From assembly GCA_051313645.2 (NCBI GenBank), contig JBNRSN020000005.1, forward strand, positions 123,938,001-124,002,000: 64,000 bases of DNA, in the 5' to 3' direction. Below, in pieces: positions 35,003-47,854 of the stretch. Made by a program: the position numbers and the translations under genes. Source of the DNA: Centroscyllium fabricii (lineage: Eukaryota). The number at the start of each line of letters is the position of its first letter. The stretch's first letter is position 1. Under the pieces are notes generated by a model. It did not search any database. It was not told the DNA's origin and saw nothing but the letters and a program-made list of their open reading frames with translations.

Positions 35003-36229
35003 TGTGGCGGTAATTGTTTAATTGTTTAATTTCTCGCAGCTATAAGATTGATTAAAATGTACTTTCCAAACTCTGTTTAACAAACTGCGTAGTCTGCAAA
35101 GCCTGTAAAAACTATTTTGGAATTTGACCGTTGCCTAGTTTCCTTTTGAGAGCAGATGGTGGGTCTCTGAAAGCATAGGATGCTTGACCACAAGATTAGA
35201 ACTAATTTGAGAGATGGAAAAACAGGATATTGCAGTTTCATTATGAAAAGTCTGGCCTATCTCCTAACAATGGAAGTATGGAAAACAACTGACCACAAAG
35301 TCCAGTTCCCAGAAAGTGATCATCTGACCTAGGTAATTTTAGATAGAGTTGTAACGACAAACAGGAAACAGATTTTTAAGATGGCCGAAGTAATCCATGA
35401 CCAAAAGGTCAGTTAGTTTTTGAAAGGTAAAGAAAAATATATATATTATAAAGAAGTTAAAAAATGACCACGTGTCGAACTGACCCCCCCACAGATAGGG
35501 GGCATGACGTATTGCAATTCAGCAGTTTTATGGGGATAAAAAGCAGCCCAATTCAGACAGAAAGTCAGTCAGCCATCAAGATCGGGCTGGCTCCGGCTGA
35601 ATAGCTAGTCAATCAATCGATTGAGTTGACTCCAGCTTCTAAGCTGTTCCCAGAGTTCGAGTGAAAAGCTTTCCTCTCAAATATACAGGCTTGTTGTTTG
35701 ATCGATGGTTTAGCTTCCAATTTGAAAAGCACCTGACGTTGGTGAGATGAAAAACTTTTATGTTGGTTTGCTGTACAACTGTTATTAATTATTACATTAT
35801 TTTCTGTGATAAAGTATAACCTTGTAACAATCTAAATATATATATATATATATATGACCGAACTAAAATGCAAATGTTAAAAGAAAATAAATAATTCAAG
35901 ATCTCTTGAACCATTTATATCCAACAACCAGTCTTGACTCAAGTACTTTTAAGTTAGCAAAATAGACCGCATTCGGCACTAAGCACTTATCTCGACCCAG
36001 GACCGTGGCAGGTTCTTCTTACAGTTTTAACCTACAGACCCTAAGTCGGATAGAAATCAGTGACTTACTGAAAGAACCCTGTTCTTATAGAAGGGATATA
36101 TAGCCTAGTTCGATATAGCACAACTTCTGACCATTGGATCAATGACTGTTTAGAGCAGCGCGGTGAAATAGGAAGTCAACTTATTTAGGGGCAGTTCCCG
36201 GATGAGACAGGTTGCAGTAAACCGTCGCA
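35003..36229 (+). mobile_element. Solo LTR (~1.23 kb) of a retrovirus or LTR retrotransposon
   Basis: Starts tgtggcgg, ends ccgtcgca, 4-bp TSD AAAC (34999-35002, 36230-33); TATA-like gataaaaa ~35535, AATAAA ~35886; L2 resumes immediately after. Confidence 0.75.
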
Positions 36230-36319
36230 AAACCCTACTTCCTCGTGTCCGCCCCTGGAAAAAACTCTCTCCCAGCTCTCTTACAACTGCACTTACAAAA
36301 TCCCAACTATCCAGCCTTT

Positions 36320-37177
36320 GGGCGGCACGGTGGCATAGTGGTTAGCACTGTTGCCTTACAGCACTGGAGGCCCAGGTTCAAATCCAGCCTCGGTTTCTAT
36401 CTGTGTGGAGTTTGCACATTCTCCCCGTGTCTGCGTGGGTTTCCTCCGGGTGCTCCGGTTTCCTCCCATGTGCAGGTTAGGTTGATTGGCCATGATAAAT
36501 TGACCCTTAGTGTTAGGGGGATCAAGGCCCTGTCACACCTAGACGTTTTAGCCAGCGTATGCAAATTTGGCTAAAACGCTGGGTTACGTCGGATACGTTA
36601 CGAGAACGCTGGGCATACGTTGCATACGTCGTTGTACTTCGAGTAAGTCTAGAATTTTTGAGCATGCACAAAAAATCTCGACTTATCCAGCGTATGACTC
36701 ACACGTTCCGCATACGCTGGCCATACGTTGTAGGCACGTTAGGCGATCGTTGAACACACTTTACCTGTGCCCCTGTCACAACTTGACGATTTAGTATGCC
36801 AACGTATCAAAATTTATCTAAAACGTCGGCGATACGCTGCCGCGCGCTATGCATACGTTAGACTATCGTTGGGCATAAGTTGTGAACGCCGACAACACGC
36901 TAAGCAGTCGTTGGTATAAGTTATCTGTAAGTTATCGATACGTTCTGTGTACGTTACTAATACGTTATGAATACGCTATTATACGCCCAAAACTGAAAAA
37001 AAGTCAAAAATTCAGCGTTTTAGCCAAATTTGCATACGCTGGCTAAAACGCCTAGGTGTGACAGGGCCTTAAAATGTGTGGGGGTTACGGGGATAGGGTG
37101 TGATATGTGTCGGTGCAGGCTCGATGGGCCGAAATGGCCTCTATCTGCACTGTAGGGATTCTATGATTCTATGATTC
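36320..37177 (+). mobile_element. V-SINE (HE1-like) split by a MITE
   Basis: tRNA head and V-domain 36320-36523; tail 37071-37177 ending ctgtagggattctatgattctatgattc. Confidence 0.9.
36525..37069. mobile_element. MITE with ~55 bp TIRs (PIF/Harbinger-like)
   Basis: aggccctgtcacacctagacgttttagccagcgtatgcaaatttggctaaaacgctg and its near-perfect inverse at 37014-37069; tacgtt-rich interior. Confidence 0.9.
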
Positions 37178-38530
37178 ACCATGACATTCTGCTCAACCAC
37201 ACCCACCTTTGATGCCCCAGTCCCTATTAAAACAATTACTGTCTCTCACCCTGGCCGTTTCCCCTGGTACGGCCCTTACCTTCGCTCCCTCAAGTCCGAG
37301 GGATGGAGACTTAAACAGATATGGCAGACAACTGGTTTAGCCATCCACTGCCAGATCTGGCTGGACCACAAAGTATTATCGGGTCCTGCTCTCGTCTGCC
37401 AAAATTGCTCACTATTCCAGAATCATTCTGGAATGCAAAGATAAACCCCAGCTTCTATTCACCACTGCTAATCATTTTCTTAAACCCCTCTCCCCTGTCT
37501 CCTCCACCCTCATCTCCGACAACAAGAGTGAGGAGCTCATGAGCTTCTTTGTCTCGGATATTGAGACCATCCGTTCAGCTGTCTTTGCCACTTCCCTTCC
37601 TTCCTCTAGCCCACCGGGCCAAACTTCTAAGTTTCCCCCCTGCCCGAGCTCTGAACTCACATCTTTCTCCAGTTTCTCTCCAATCTCCCCTCATGAACAC
37701 TCTGCGCTCATCTTGTCCATGAGACCCACTTCCTGTTCCTTCGACCCTATTCCCACCCAACTGCTGACCACCCAACTTCCTTTTCTGGCTCCCTTGTTAG
37801 CTGACATTGTTAACAGTTCTCTCTCCTCAGGTACTGTCTCCCTCTCCCTCAAATCTGCCATCACACCGCTCCTCAAAATGCCAATGCTTGATCCCTCCGT
37901 CCTTGCAAACTATCGGCCGATCTCCAACCTCCCTTTACTCTCCAAAGTCCTTGAACGCATTGTCACCTCCCAAATCCGTGCCCATCTTTCCCGCAACTCC
38001 ATGTTTGAATTACCCCAATCAGGTTTCCACTCCTGCCACAGTACCGAAACGGCTCTCAAAGTCACAAATGGCATCCTTTGTGACTGTGACAAAGGTAAAC
38101 TATCCCTCTTCGTCCTTCTTGACTTGTCTACAGCCTTTGACGTGGTTGACCACTCCATCCTCCTCCAACGCCTCCCCACCGTCGTCCAGCTGGGTGGGAC
38201 AGCACTCGCCTGGTTCCATTCTGATCTATCTAATTGTAGACAGAGAATCACCTGCAACGGCTTCTCTTCCCGCTCCCGCATCGTTAACTCTGGTGTCCCC
38301 CGGGGATCTATCCTTGGCCTCTGCCTATTTCTCATCTACGTACTGCCCCTTGGTGACATCATCTGAAAACACAGCTTCAGTTTCCACATGTACGCTGATG
38401 ACATCCAGCTCTACCTCACCCCCACTTCTCTCGACCCCTCCACGGTCTCTAAATTGTCTGACTGTCTAATATCCAGTTCTGGATGAGCAGAAATTATCAC
38501 CAATTAAATATTGCGAAGACCGAAGCCATT

Positions 38531-39778
38531 GGCCAACATTTTCCCGGAAGTGCGGGGAACTGGCGGGTTTCCAGCAGGTCAGGTTTCTGACACGAATCTT
38601 TAGGGGCCTGGGAGCCCCACGCAACTTTGTCTCAATTGGCCAATTAATTCCCCGTGTGTGGGAACACTTCCCAATTGACTATTTCCAGTCAGAAAGTCGC
38701 ACAATATGATGTCATCGTTGCTGGTGCATTTCAGGTCCACAGTAAGCCTTGCTTCTGCTGCAGACTGCCAACCTTGTGCCCTTTCATACCAGAGGGACCT
38801 GGAGGCGGAATGACCACCGAGAGGCCTAGGTCTGCTTCCAGGTTGGATGTGGTGGCCCTGCAAGCTTCATTTGAGGGAGCAAGAGCTCATAAATAGGTTC
38901 TCTTCCCTTCTTCAGGGAGGAAGCAGTCTCCCCAGCAGGCTGTGTGTATCCAGGTGGCAGAGGAGGGCAACTCATTATCAATACCCCGCAGAACCTGCAT
39001 TCAGTCCAGAAAGAGATTTCATGACCTTCTGTGCACTGGGAAAGTGAGGTTAGAATTCCCATCACCCTCAATCTGATCCCCAATGCCTTTCCTCACCAGC
39101 ACTCAGCTTCAGCAAACTCTTCCTCCACATCCCACTTGACACTCATATTCATGCACCCTTACCCATTCCCTCTCTCTCTATGCTCACATTCACATAACTA
39201 TTCCACCATGCAGCCCTCACACTCCCTATCACTCTGATGCTTTGCACACAACTGACACCACATATGGAGGGAGTGCCCTTGGTCTTGCCACCTCACTCCA
39301 TCTTTGTCTCCTTCTAAGTATCCAGAGAGGGACAGCAGTGGAGAGTCCTAATGTGATTAGGACTTCTAAATGTTGCCCGAAGCCAGAAAGAAATAAGGGC
39401 CTGACACCTGCATATGATGGCAGGTTCAATGTCAGACCTTATGATGGAGCTGCTGCTAAGAGTCAGCAAGCCGATTGTGTTCCCGCTCGGTTTCAGCGGC
39501 GGGATTTGCAGCTGGCGGGTTATGGGTGGGAAACTCTTGAAAATGGCTAAGGCCCCTTAAAATGACATTACAGATGCCAATTAAGGGCCCTTAATGAGCA
39601 TTAACGACTATCCCCGCCAGCAGGAAAGATTCAGGGCGGGGAGACAGAGCGGCGGGAAATGGCAAAGCGGCGGGGATCCAGCAAGTGGTGGGGGGGGGGG
39701 GTCGGGACACCCGGTTTCGCAATTTTGCGGTCCGACCTGCCGAAAACCCTGCCTCACGGCGCCATTAAAATTTACCAC
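38531..39778. mobile_element. Non-autonomous PIF/Harbinger element inserted in L2 RT
   Basis: 3-bp TSD ATT (38528-30, 39779-81) interrupting L2 KTEAI|V; right end is the inverse of 20734-21000. Confidence 0.75.
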
Positions 39779-40964
39779 ATTGTTTCCAGTCCCCACCACA
39801 AACTTTGCTCCCTAGCCACCAACTCCATCCCTCTCCCGGACATCTGTCGGAGGCTGAACCAGACTGTTTGCAACCTTGGTGTCATATTTGACCCTGAAAA
39901 TAAGCTTCCGACCACATATCCGTGGCATGACGAAGACCGCCGATAGCCACCTCCCTAACATCACCCGTCTCCGCCCTTGCCTCAGTTCATCCGCTGCTGA
40001 AACCCTCATCCATACTATTCCTGGCTGGCCTCCCACATTCTAACCTACATAAACGTGAGATCATCCAAAACTCAGCTGCATGTGTCCTAACTCGCACCAA
40101 GTTCCAGTCACCATCACCCATGCTCACTGACGTCCATTGGCTCCCAGTTAACCAACGCCTTGATTTCAAAATTCTCATCCGCGTTTTCAAATCCCTCCAT
40201 GGCCTCTCCCCTCCCTATCTCTGTAATCTCCTCCAGCACCCACCCCACCACAAATGACATCTGCGCTCCTCTAATTCTGCCCTCGAGGATCCCTGATTAT
40301 AGCTGCTCAACCATTGGTGGCCGTGCCTTCTGTTGCCTCGGCCCCAAGCTCTGGAATTCCCTGCTTAAACCTCTCCACCTCTCAACCTCTCTTTCCTCCT
40401 TTAAGACACTCCTTAAAACATCCCTCTTTGGCCAAGCTTTTGGTCATCTGCCCTAATTTATCCTCAGTGGCTCAGTGTACAAAATGTTTGTCTTATAACA
40501 CTCCTGTTAAGCGCCTTGGGATGTTTTACTACGTTAAAGATGCTATATAAATACAAGTTGTTGTTGTTAGAGCACAATGAATCTCTTAAACTTTAAATAT
40601 TTAATTTATAAATAAAAGATCCACATTATTCCACACCTCAACTTACATGTTGATATTTTAAAAATCATGTACACCAAATAAACTTTTGCTACCAAATCTC
40701 AGTTTGTTCCTCACCTAGTTAGTGCTGGCACAGTCACTCCTGTGAAGTACAAGACTGATTCTAGCCAACGTCTAACGGCATGTCCTGACCTGATGCTATC
40801 TGAACTCCATGGTACAAGAACATATTTTAGTATACATCATTTTTGAAATATCAATTTTACTAGGCAAGATCGCATTATAAAACCCGACAAGGCTACTTCT
40901 TCTTCAAACCAGGCAACTACAGCAAGATGGAAGTGATGGGGTGTCCCTGCTTTAAACCAGACCC

Positions 40965-41757
40965 TCACCAGTCTGCACAGGAAAGGAAAGCCATCCAGAG
41001 GGTCGTGAGGACGGCAGAAAAGATCGGGTGTGCATTTCTGTCCATTGAATTTCTGTCCATCGAGGAGATCTTCCAGACCAGGTGTCGGAACAAGGCCCGC
41101 TCCATCATCCAGGACCCCAATCACCCTGGGCACGATCTGTTCTCCCTCCTGCGGTCCGGCCGTCGGTACCACAGCATCCAAACCAGGACTCGCAGGTTTA
41201 AGAACAGATTCTACCCACAGGCAGTGCGCCTACTGAACTGCTAACCGCACTTGTTTGCTTATTTATTTATTTGCTTTTTTAAAATATTTATACTTGTTTT
41301 TACTTTTGACTTTTTGCTTTTTATACTTATACAGGTACACAATCGCTTAACCGCACATCCGAAAACTGAAAAGCTCCGAAAACCGAGAATCCGAGTTGCG
41401 CCAAAATAATTTTTTTTCTTAAATAAATTGAAGCAAGTGACCAGCTGCAGCATTTATCAGTGAGAAAAAAGATATTTTTACCTTAAGGCAAGGTTACAGG
41501 TTGTTGTTGATGCCGTGCTGAGGAAATAAACCGTCGATATGCCGTTTCCGACTGCGACCTGGGCCGCAAACACGGCAATGCACATGCGCACTGGGCACCA
41601 TCCAAAAACCGAGAAAACCCGAAAACAGAGACCCGTCCGGTCCCACGTGTTTCGGACACGGGATTGTGTACCTGTACTTGTATTGTGGGAATGAGTGGGG
41701 AGTAAGCATTCCATTGTACCAGTTACATGTGGCAATAAAATAATCTTGAATCTTGAA
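40965..41757 (+). mobile_element. Rex1/Babar LINE 3' end
   Basis: ERKAIQRVVRTAEKI..IIQDPNHPGH.LF.LL.SGRRY..RFYPQAVRLLN*; tail caataaa..(tcttgaa)2. Confidence 0.85.
41332..41674. mobile_element. Tigger-like MITE in Rex1 3'UTR
   Basis: TIRs caggtacacaatc / gattgtgtacctg with TA TSD; same family as 59143-60002 in opposite orientation. Confidence 0.85.
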
Positions 41758-41949
41758 ACATCTGAAGCTTTGGCCCCCGCCCTTGGCTTGTTAATATTGT
41801 AGAATGTAAGAAGTGGGCAAGATATTAAAAACCAAACCAGTTAGTAAAATTATTTTCAGGAAAGGCATGTCCACAGAACCTTTACACTGGTGCATCCTTC
41901 ATTAAAGTGGAAGAGCAGTCTTAATTGGAGAGCAATGATAATAAGCATT

Positions 41950-42810
41950 TTTTTTTAAATTCATTGATGGGATGTGGGCGTCGCTGGCTGGCTAGGCCTG
42001 CATTTAGTGCCCATCCCTAATTGCCCTCAAGAAGATGGTGGTGAGCCACCTTCTTGAACCACTGCAGTCCATATGGTGTAGGTACACCCACAATGTTGTT
42101 AGGAAGGGAGTTCCAGGATTTTGGCCCAGCGACAGTGAAGGAGCAGCGATACAGGTCCAAGTCAGGATGGTGTGAGGCTTGGAGGGGAACTTGTAGGTGG
42201 TGCTGTTCCCATGCGTCTGCTGCCCTTGTCCTTCTAAGTGGTAGAGGTCGCGGGTTTGGAAGGTGCTGTTGAAGGAGCTTTGGCGAGTTGCTGCACTGCA
42301 TCTTGTAGATGGTACACACTGCAGCCACAGTGCGCCGGTGGTGGAGGGAGTGAATGTTGAAGGTGGTGGATGGGGTGCCAATCAAGCGGCCTGCTTTATC
42401 CTGAATGGTGTCGAGCTTCTTGAGTGTTGTTGGAGCTGCACTCATCCAGGCAAGTGGAGAGTATTCCATCACACTCCTGACTTGTGCCTTGTAGATGGTG
42501 GAAAGGCTTTGGGGAGTCAGGAGGTGAGACACTCGCCGCAGAATTCCCAGCCTCTGGCCTGCTCTTGTAGCCACAGTATTTATATGGCTGGTCCAGTTCA
42601 GTTTCCGATCAATGGTAACCCCCAGGATGTTGATAGTGGGGGATTCAGCGATGATAATGCCATTGAATGTCAAGGGGAGATGGTTAGAGTCTCGCTTGTT
42701 GGAGATGGTCATTGCCTGGCACTTGTGTGGTGCGAATGTTACTTGCCACTTGTCAGCCCAAGTCTGAATGTTGTCCAGGTCTTGCTGCATATGGACACGG
42801 ACTGCGAATT
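41950..42810 (-). mobile_element. CR1/L2-group LINE 3' fragment (RT C-terminus)
   Basis: ORF 42017-42820 QQDLDNIQTWADKWQVTF..ILGVTID..YKAQVRSVMEY..WNSLP; A-rich tail. Confidence 0.85.
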
Positions 42811-44404
42811 GTCGAACCAATTCACTACTTCATGCAGAGGGAGGCTTTTGCCGTTGATACATTCCTTTTTTGGAATTGCGCTTTTGTTTCCGTACAACAC
42901 TGCGAATGGACTAATCAAAGTCTTGACCAGAGAAGCTATTTTGTTTTCTTTTCAAAACTGGAATTTGTAACAGTAAAGATTGTAGCTAGTAATCATTCAA
43001 ATATTTCATTTTACCAGCAGCACACAACTAAAACCAAATCATTTCTGTTAGAACAAAACAAAGCTGGATTAGGCAGAAATAAAATTAGGCAAGCAGAAAA
43101 TATATTATTTAAGTTTAACGTTTTCCAGCCCGACACATTAAATATGTCAAGGAAGTAGGACCAGAGGAGACAAATGAAAATGAGTGAAAGTGATATATGA
43201 GGCACAACATTTTACTCAAAGATTGATACTGGTTGGAATAATCTACCAATTAACGGAATAAGTGGAAAACATCGGAATTATTCAAAATACAGTTAATGCG
43301 AGAACAGTAGAGTTGATGAGCCAGCTTTTCTTATGGTCTCGTCCTTGACTTTTCTTAGGTTTTTATAAAGGATAATCAATTACTGACAAGAAGATACAAA
43401 GCAAAGACTCAATTGAGCTGTTCTGATGCAAATCGCAAGCTCAGTCCACCAAGTGTCACTCATTACGACTGCCAATCACTCATTTAGATTTTAAATTGTG
43501 CCCTATTTTGATGTATGTCAGTCTTAAAAATAAACACACAGGCCCATGCGTTTAAATGGGTTTGCAAGCCATGTCCCTCTTACTGTTCATAAATGCCACT
43601 CCTAACATTTCCCTGGTGTTGACAGCTCTGGAACAGGTTTATGAGTGTCAGCAGAATTGTGAGACTGAATTATTACCTTGTATCTCACTGTCAGATATTT
43701 GTCATTCTCTCTCAAGTTTACTTGAGACAACATAATATAGGTGAAAGGGTGATAAAGAGGATGGTGATGGAGGAGCTGACATACATAACTGTGCAAGGAT
43801 ATCTTCAGCTCCCACATCCCATTATAGTCACATCGGACAGAACACTGGTTGGATGATGATCAGTTTGCATGAATGCCACGAGGTGAATTTGCTCTCTTGG
43901 CCATGCCATCATGGAGAGTCACTGAACAGAGGCCAGACGCTTCCACACTCGAGTCAGCAGAGAGAAAAAAGCCTCGCCAGTCTTAGTAACATGTGATCTG
44001 GGAGAAGGCCTGAAATTGGCTCACCAGCTGGGAACATTGCGCAATGTGGAAGAAAGGTATAAATAAAAGATCACTTATCAAAGGTTATTATAAAATACAT
44101 TCAAAACTAGCAGTGAAACTAACAATAGATTACCAGTAAGTCTATCTTGCATTGTACAGCCTGTGTTGCAATTCTGTGATAGATCACATAGTTGATCTTA
44201 TTACTATTAGCCACACAAAATAAATTGACTTTGTCACACAAACCCAGGAAGCCATCAAGTGATGAGAGCAGCTCCCTGCATTCTGCAGGGATTCATACAG
44301 CAATGTGCACAGTAATCACATGCTTCGACAGTGTCACAACCCACAAACCAATAAGAAAGCCAGTTTCCCCTCAGCAAGCAGAGCCCCTCCTGAATACATC
44401 AAGC

Positions 44405-44557
44405 TAGTTGAGATAAAAATCTATCCCCTCTCCGGTTTTGTTCCAGTTCTGACGAAGGGTCTTCGACCTGAAACATTAACTCTGTTTCTCTCTCCACCGA
44501 TGCTGCCTGGCCTGCTAAGTTTTTCCAGCGTTTTCTGTTGTTATTTTAGTTGAGATA
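44405..44557 (+). mobile_element. Penelope-like fragment with hammerhead core and 11-bp flanking duplication
   Basis: ctgacga-agggtc-ttc-gacct-gaaa at 44449-73; tagttgagata at 44405-15 and 44547-57. Confidence 0.75.
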
Positions 44558-47500
44558 GTAGTCAGTTTTCCCAAGACTTCACAAGCTCCTTATTCCAGGC
44601 TCGACTGTGCAACCCGACTGACAGTAAGACAGCACTTGTCTTTCTACAGTACGTAATCATCTTTGATGACATTTAAAATATTCATCTGGACCAATAATTG
44701 CAGCAATAATTGGTAGCCTCATCAACCCAGAAGGTTATTGATCAACACGGTGCTAGTTTAGCCTAATAAATATATTAAAATAAACTTTTTTTTAAATTGG
44801 GTTTTGGCAGCCTAATTGTAGCGGATTACTAACAAAAGCATTTTGACAAAAATGTGGGCCAAGTTAGAAAATAATCACCCTGAAAATACCAAACCAATGA
44901 AACGCACCGATCTGATGATGTACTTTGGATATTGCTGCAAGATGGTATGAAACCCATTTTGGAGATAAATCAAACACAAAATAGGAGAACTGCAGTCCTG
45001 CCTCTGAGACTATATATATATTTTTTATTTTTCCTCTTGTTTCTTCTCGCTCCCCTAGTGCATCACCCTAGTAGCCATTATTCATGCATGGGCCTCGACA
45101 GTGAGTGAGGGCAGGCTCCAGCCAAGCCCAATCCTGCCCTCACCCAGTGTCCACACACGCGCACACACACACACACACACAGAGACACTTCCAGTAGGGA
45201 TCAATGTATCGCGAGCAGGAGCAGGAACCTTGCCCAATTTGCCTTTCTCCAACCCATGGGTCCTGCAGCACATCCTCATGCCACGTGAGCTCAACCAACT
45301 CGGCAATTACTGGGGATAGATGCTGGGACCTTCTTGGACCATATGGAGATGGAGACAATGCCTTGCCATACAAATATAGAATCAGAGCCATTTTGTCACA
45401 AATGGTTTTCTGGCAGTGCAATGAAAGTTGGGGTAAGCTCGAGAAGAGCTTCTAAGATAACAAAACCCAGGTTTCAGCCCATGGATTTTAAAGTTAGAAA
45501 AATTCCAATAAATCCATATTTTGTTCCCATTTGCAGTTCATTTCTCTTTGACAGTTTAGGTGCACCCTTCGCACTGTACTCATGCATTGGAAGTAGGTCA
45601 TCCGAGTCAGAGGAGTGGCACTAACTGCAGCTATGGAGAGGTCTGCAGGCTGGAAGTCTCACATAGAGAAAGGGTAACCAGAATAGGGGGAGAATTCTAC
45701 CTCATGATAGTTCAACTCTGAAAATAAAGAGAAATCTAAAACCAATTCATTCTACACCAAACAGTAACGAGTTGGATTCAAAATGCCACATTTCCCCATG
45801 TCTGCAGACTCAAATACATGTCAGAAAGTAGTTTCTAGAATATTTGATTCAAGTTTGATTCAGCAGTTATGGCTAAAATGGAGAGAATGAATGCAACTCC
45901 AAACTGAACTGGATCTCTAGTGTAAAGGAGTATTAGTTCGTGCAATCTGGATTAATCCTGGTTAATACTATGCTGTACCTCTGCTATTGTCATCCCATCA
46001 TCCTGCTGCATCTTAAATAAAGATTATGGTCTTTTAAGCAGGGGCACACTAGACTGTAGATTAACAGGCTCCCATTTCTTATAAGTAATGAGAATGCCTA
46101 GTGATTAAGCCTGGTCTAACATGGCTAAACTGCTGGGTAGTAGCATCTGTTTTACCCACAGGACTACATTTTTATTGTTGGATTAAACGGCGTCACATGA
46201 ACCAGCTCGTGAGATCCAATTAGTTGCTGAGAAAAGGGTTCAATATCATTCGTTTCACATTTTGCTCCCTTAAAAGTCGATCTGGTCTCCAAGAGGCTGC
46301 TAAAGTCGGAGTTTGTTAGATGTAATGATTAGCTGCAGCTCGACACTTGGAGCGTTGGAGGCGAATGGCAGGACAGCTCGGCTCTAATTTGCAGATCCTC
46401 AGTTAATTAGAAAGCCCTCGGATTCACACAGATGTGGGTCACTATTGACAGTTCTATCTTTGATGCTTCCTGTGTGACAGTTGTTGAGCTGACCTTCTCT
46501 GAGCTGGCAGGATTACCCAGAATTTTACAGTGTGGGGAATTCAATCACTTCTGCCTTCTCCAACAGGAAGCGACTGGCAAGGTTACCACACTGCGCAGCG
46601 TTCAACTTCCTCACCTTAAACAAACGCTGACAACATCTGTATTGCCCTCAAACAGAAACTAGTCACAGAAAAGTTCGAAGAAATTTTGAAAAAAAACGTT
46701 CTTTTGCACGTGTGGTGAAATAATTTCCTTTGAGAACTTAATATCTTTGTGTCCAATCTTGTGGTTTGTTTACAATTGCTGTGAGGCTTTCAATACAGCA
46801 GGACCACCATTATAAAATGCCCTGTTGGCATACGGTAATATCATGTCACCTTCACAGCCTATAATCAGGGCCATTGGTTTATAGTGAATGAATAAGTCAA
46901 ATTTCAGTATTTTTACTGATGTTTCAGGGATTGCATCTTGGGATTCCTACGGTTTGTAATTACAGCTGGTGGTTTAAGGTGACTGAATAAGTTCAATTCT
47001 GTTTCTTTTACGTGGGATTCCAGAATCTTTATTGGTGTTTTGGAAATCACATTCTGCGATTCGGTCCCTTTTTTCCCCATGAAAACCAATGGACTTGTTC
47101 AGAATATGCAAAAACTCTCAGAATCAAGAAAGAATATACATCAGATAATGACATTTTCTTGTAATCCAAGTGGGTAAAAATATCAGGATGTGTCACATGA
47201 TCCAATGCACGTTCAGATCACACATCCTTAATCTTTATCTGAAATCACGCCACATGATTTTCACGTTGGGGAAAAAAAAAATCACAGATCAAAGAAACAC
47301 ACCAGTTTGCCAGCAAGAATGTATTTATTTTTAAAAGAAGGATTCACCATCTGGTCTACAGTACAAACTGTAATACCAATGGAAATGGGCAAATGAATTT
47401 AAATCAATAATATAATTAAGAGGGCTCTGGTGACAAGTATAAACTAACTGAGCTTTGGAGGGGGGTCCCTCTGGTGACAAATATAATCTGCCACAGCTTC

Positions 47501-47854
47501 TGGGCATGAGGAGCTCTGGTGACAGACAGAGTGCTGGGCTCTCCGAGGGATTCAGGTGACACACTAAGCCGACTAACCCATGAGGGGGTGGGTGACAAAC
47601 ACAAAGTGTTCAAGATTTGAGGGTGTTGGTGACACATAAACTAATAGATCTTCAAGGAGGTGGGAAAAGAGGGTCAATTAACATGCCGAAAAGGCGTCAC
47701 CTGGGCAGCTTCTTGTGGTACCCTGTATCTGAATCTCTGGATTGGACTACTCCCTTTAATTTACTTCAAGGCAATCATCTTTCCCTGGAACGATCCTTCC
47801 CTACTGAAAGAACTGGAGGCTGGTTAATAGTTAACATTTGAAGGGCTGGGTCGA

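Larger units (their letters stand above)
31075..40570 (+). mobile_element. L2-clade LINE split into segments (31075-31603, 36230-36319, 37178-38530, 39779-40570)
   Basis: EN LNEASPPGYTFHH..GVALI..LGDFN; RT NYRPISNLP, QSGF, STETAL, LLDLSTAFD, GVPRGSILG, YADD; tail gcgccttgggatgttttactacgttaaagatgctatataaatacaagttgttgttgtt. Confidence 0.9.

Noticed and set aside
36320-36390. tRNA gene
   Set aside because: tRNA-derived SINE head continuing into V-domain and LINE tail.
47418-47645. CRISPR-like repeat/spacer array
   Set aside because: Constant part is only ~7-12 bp, vertebrate intron, no cas genes; kept only as a motif array.
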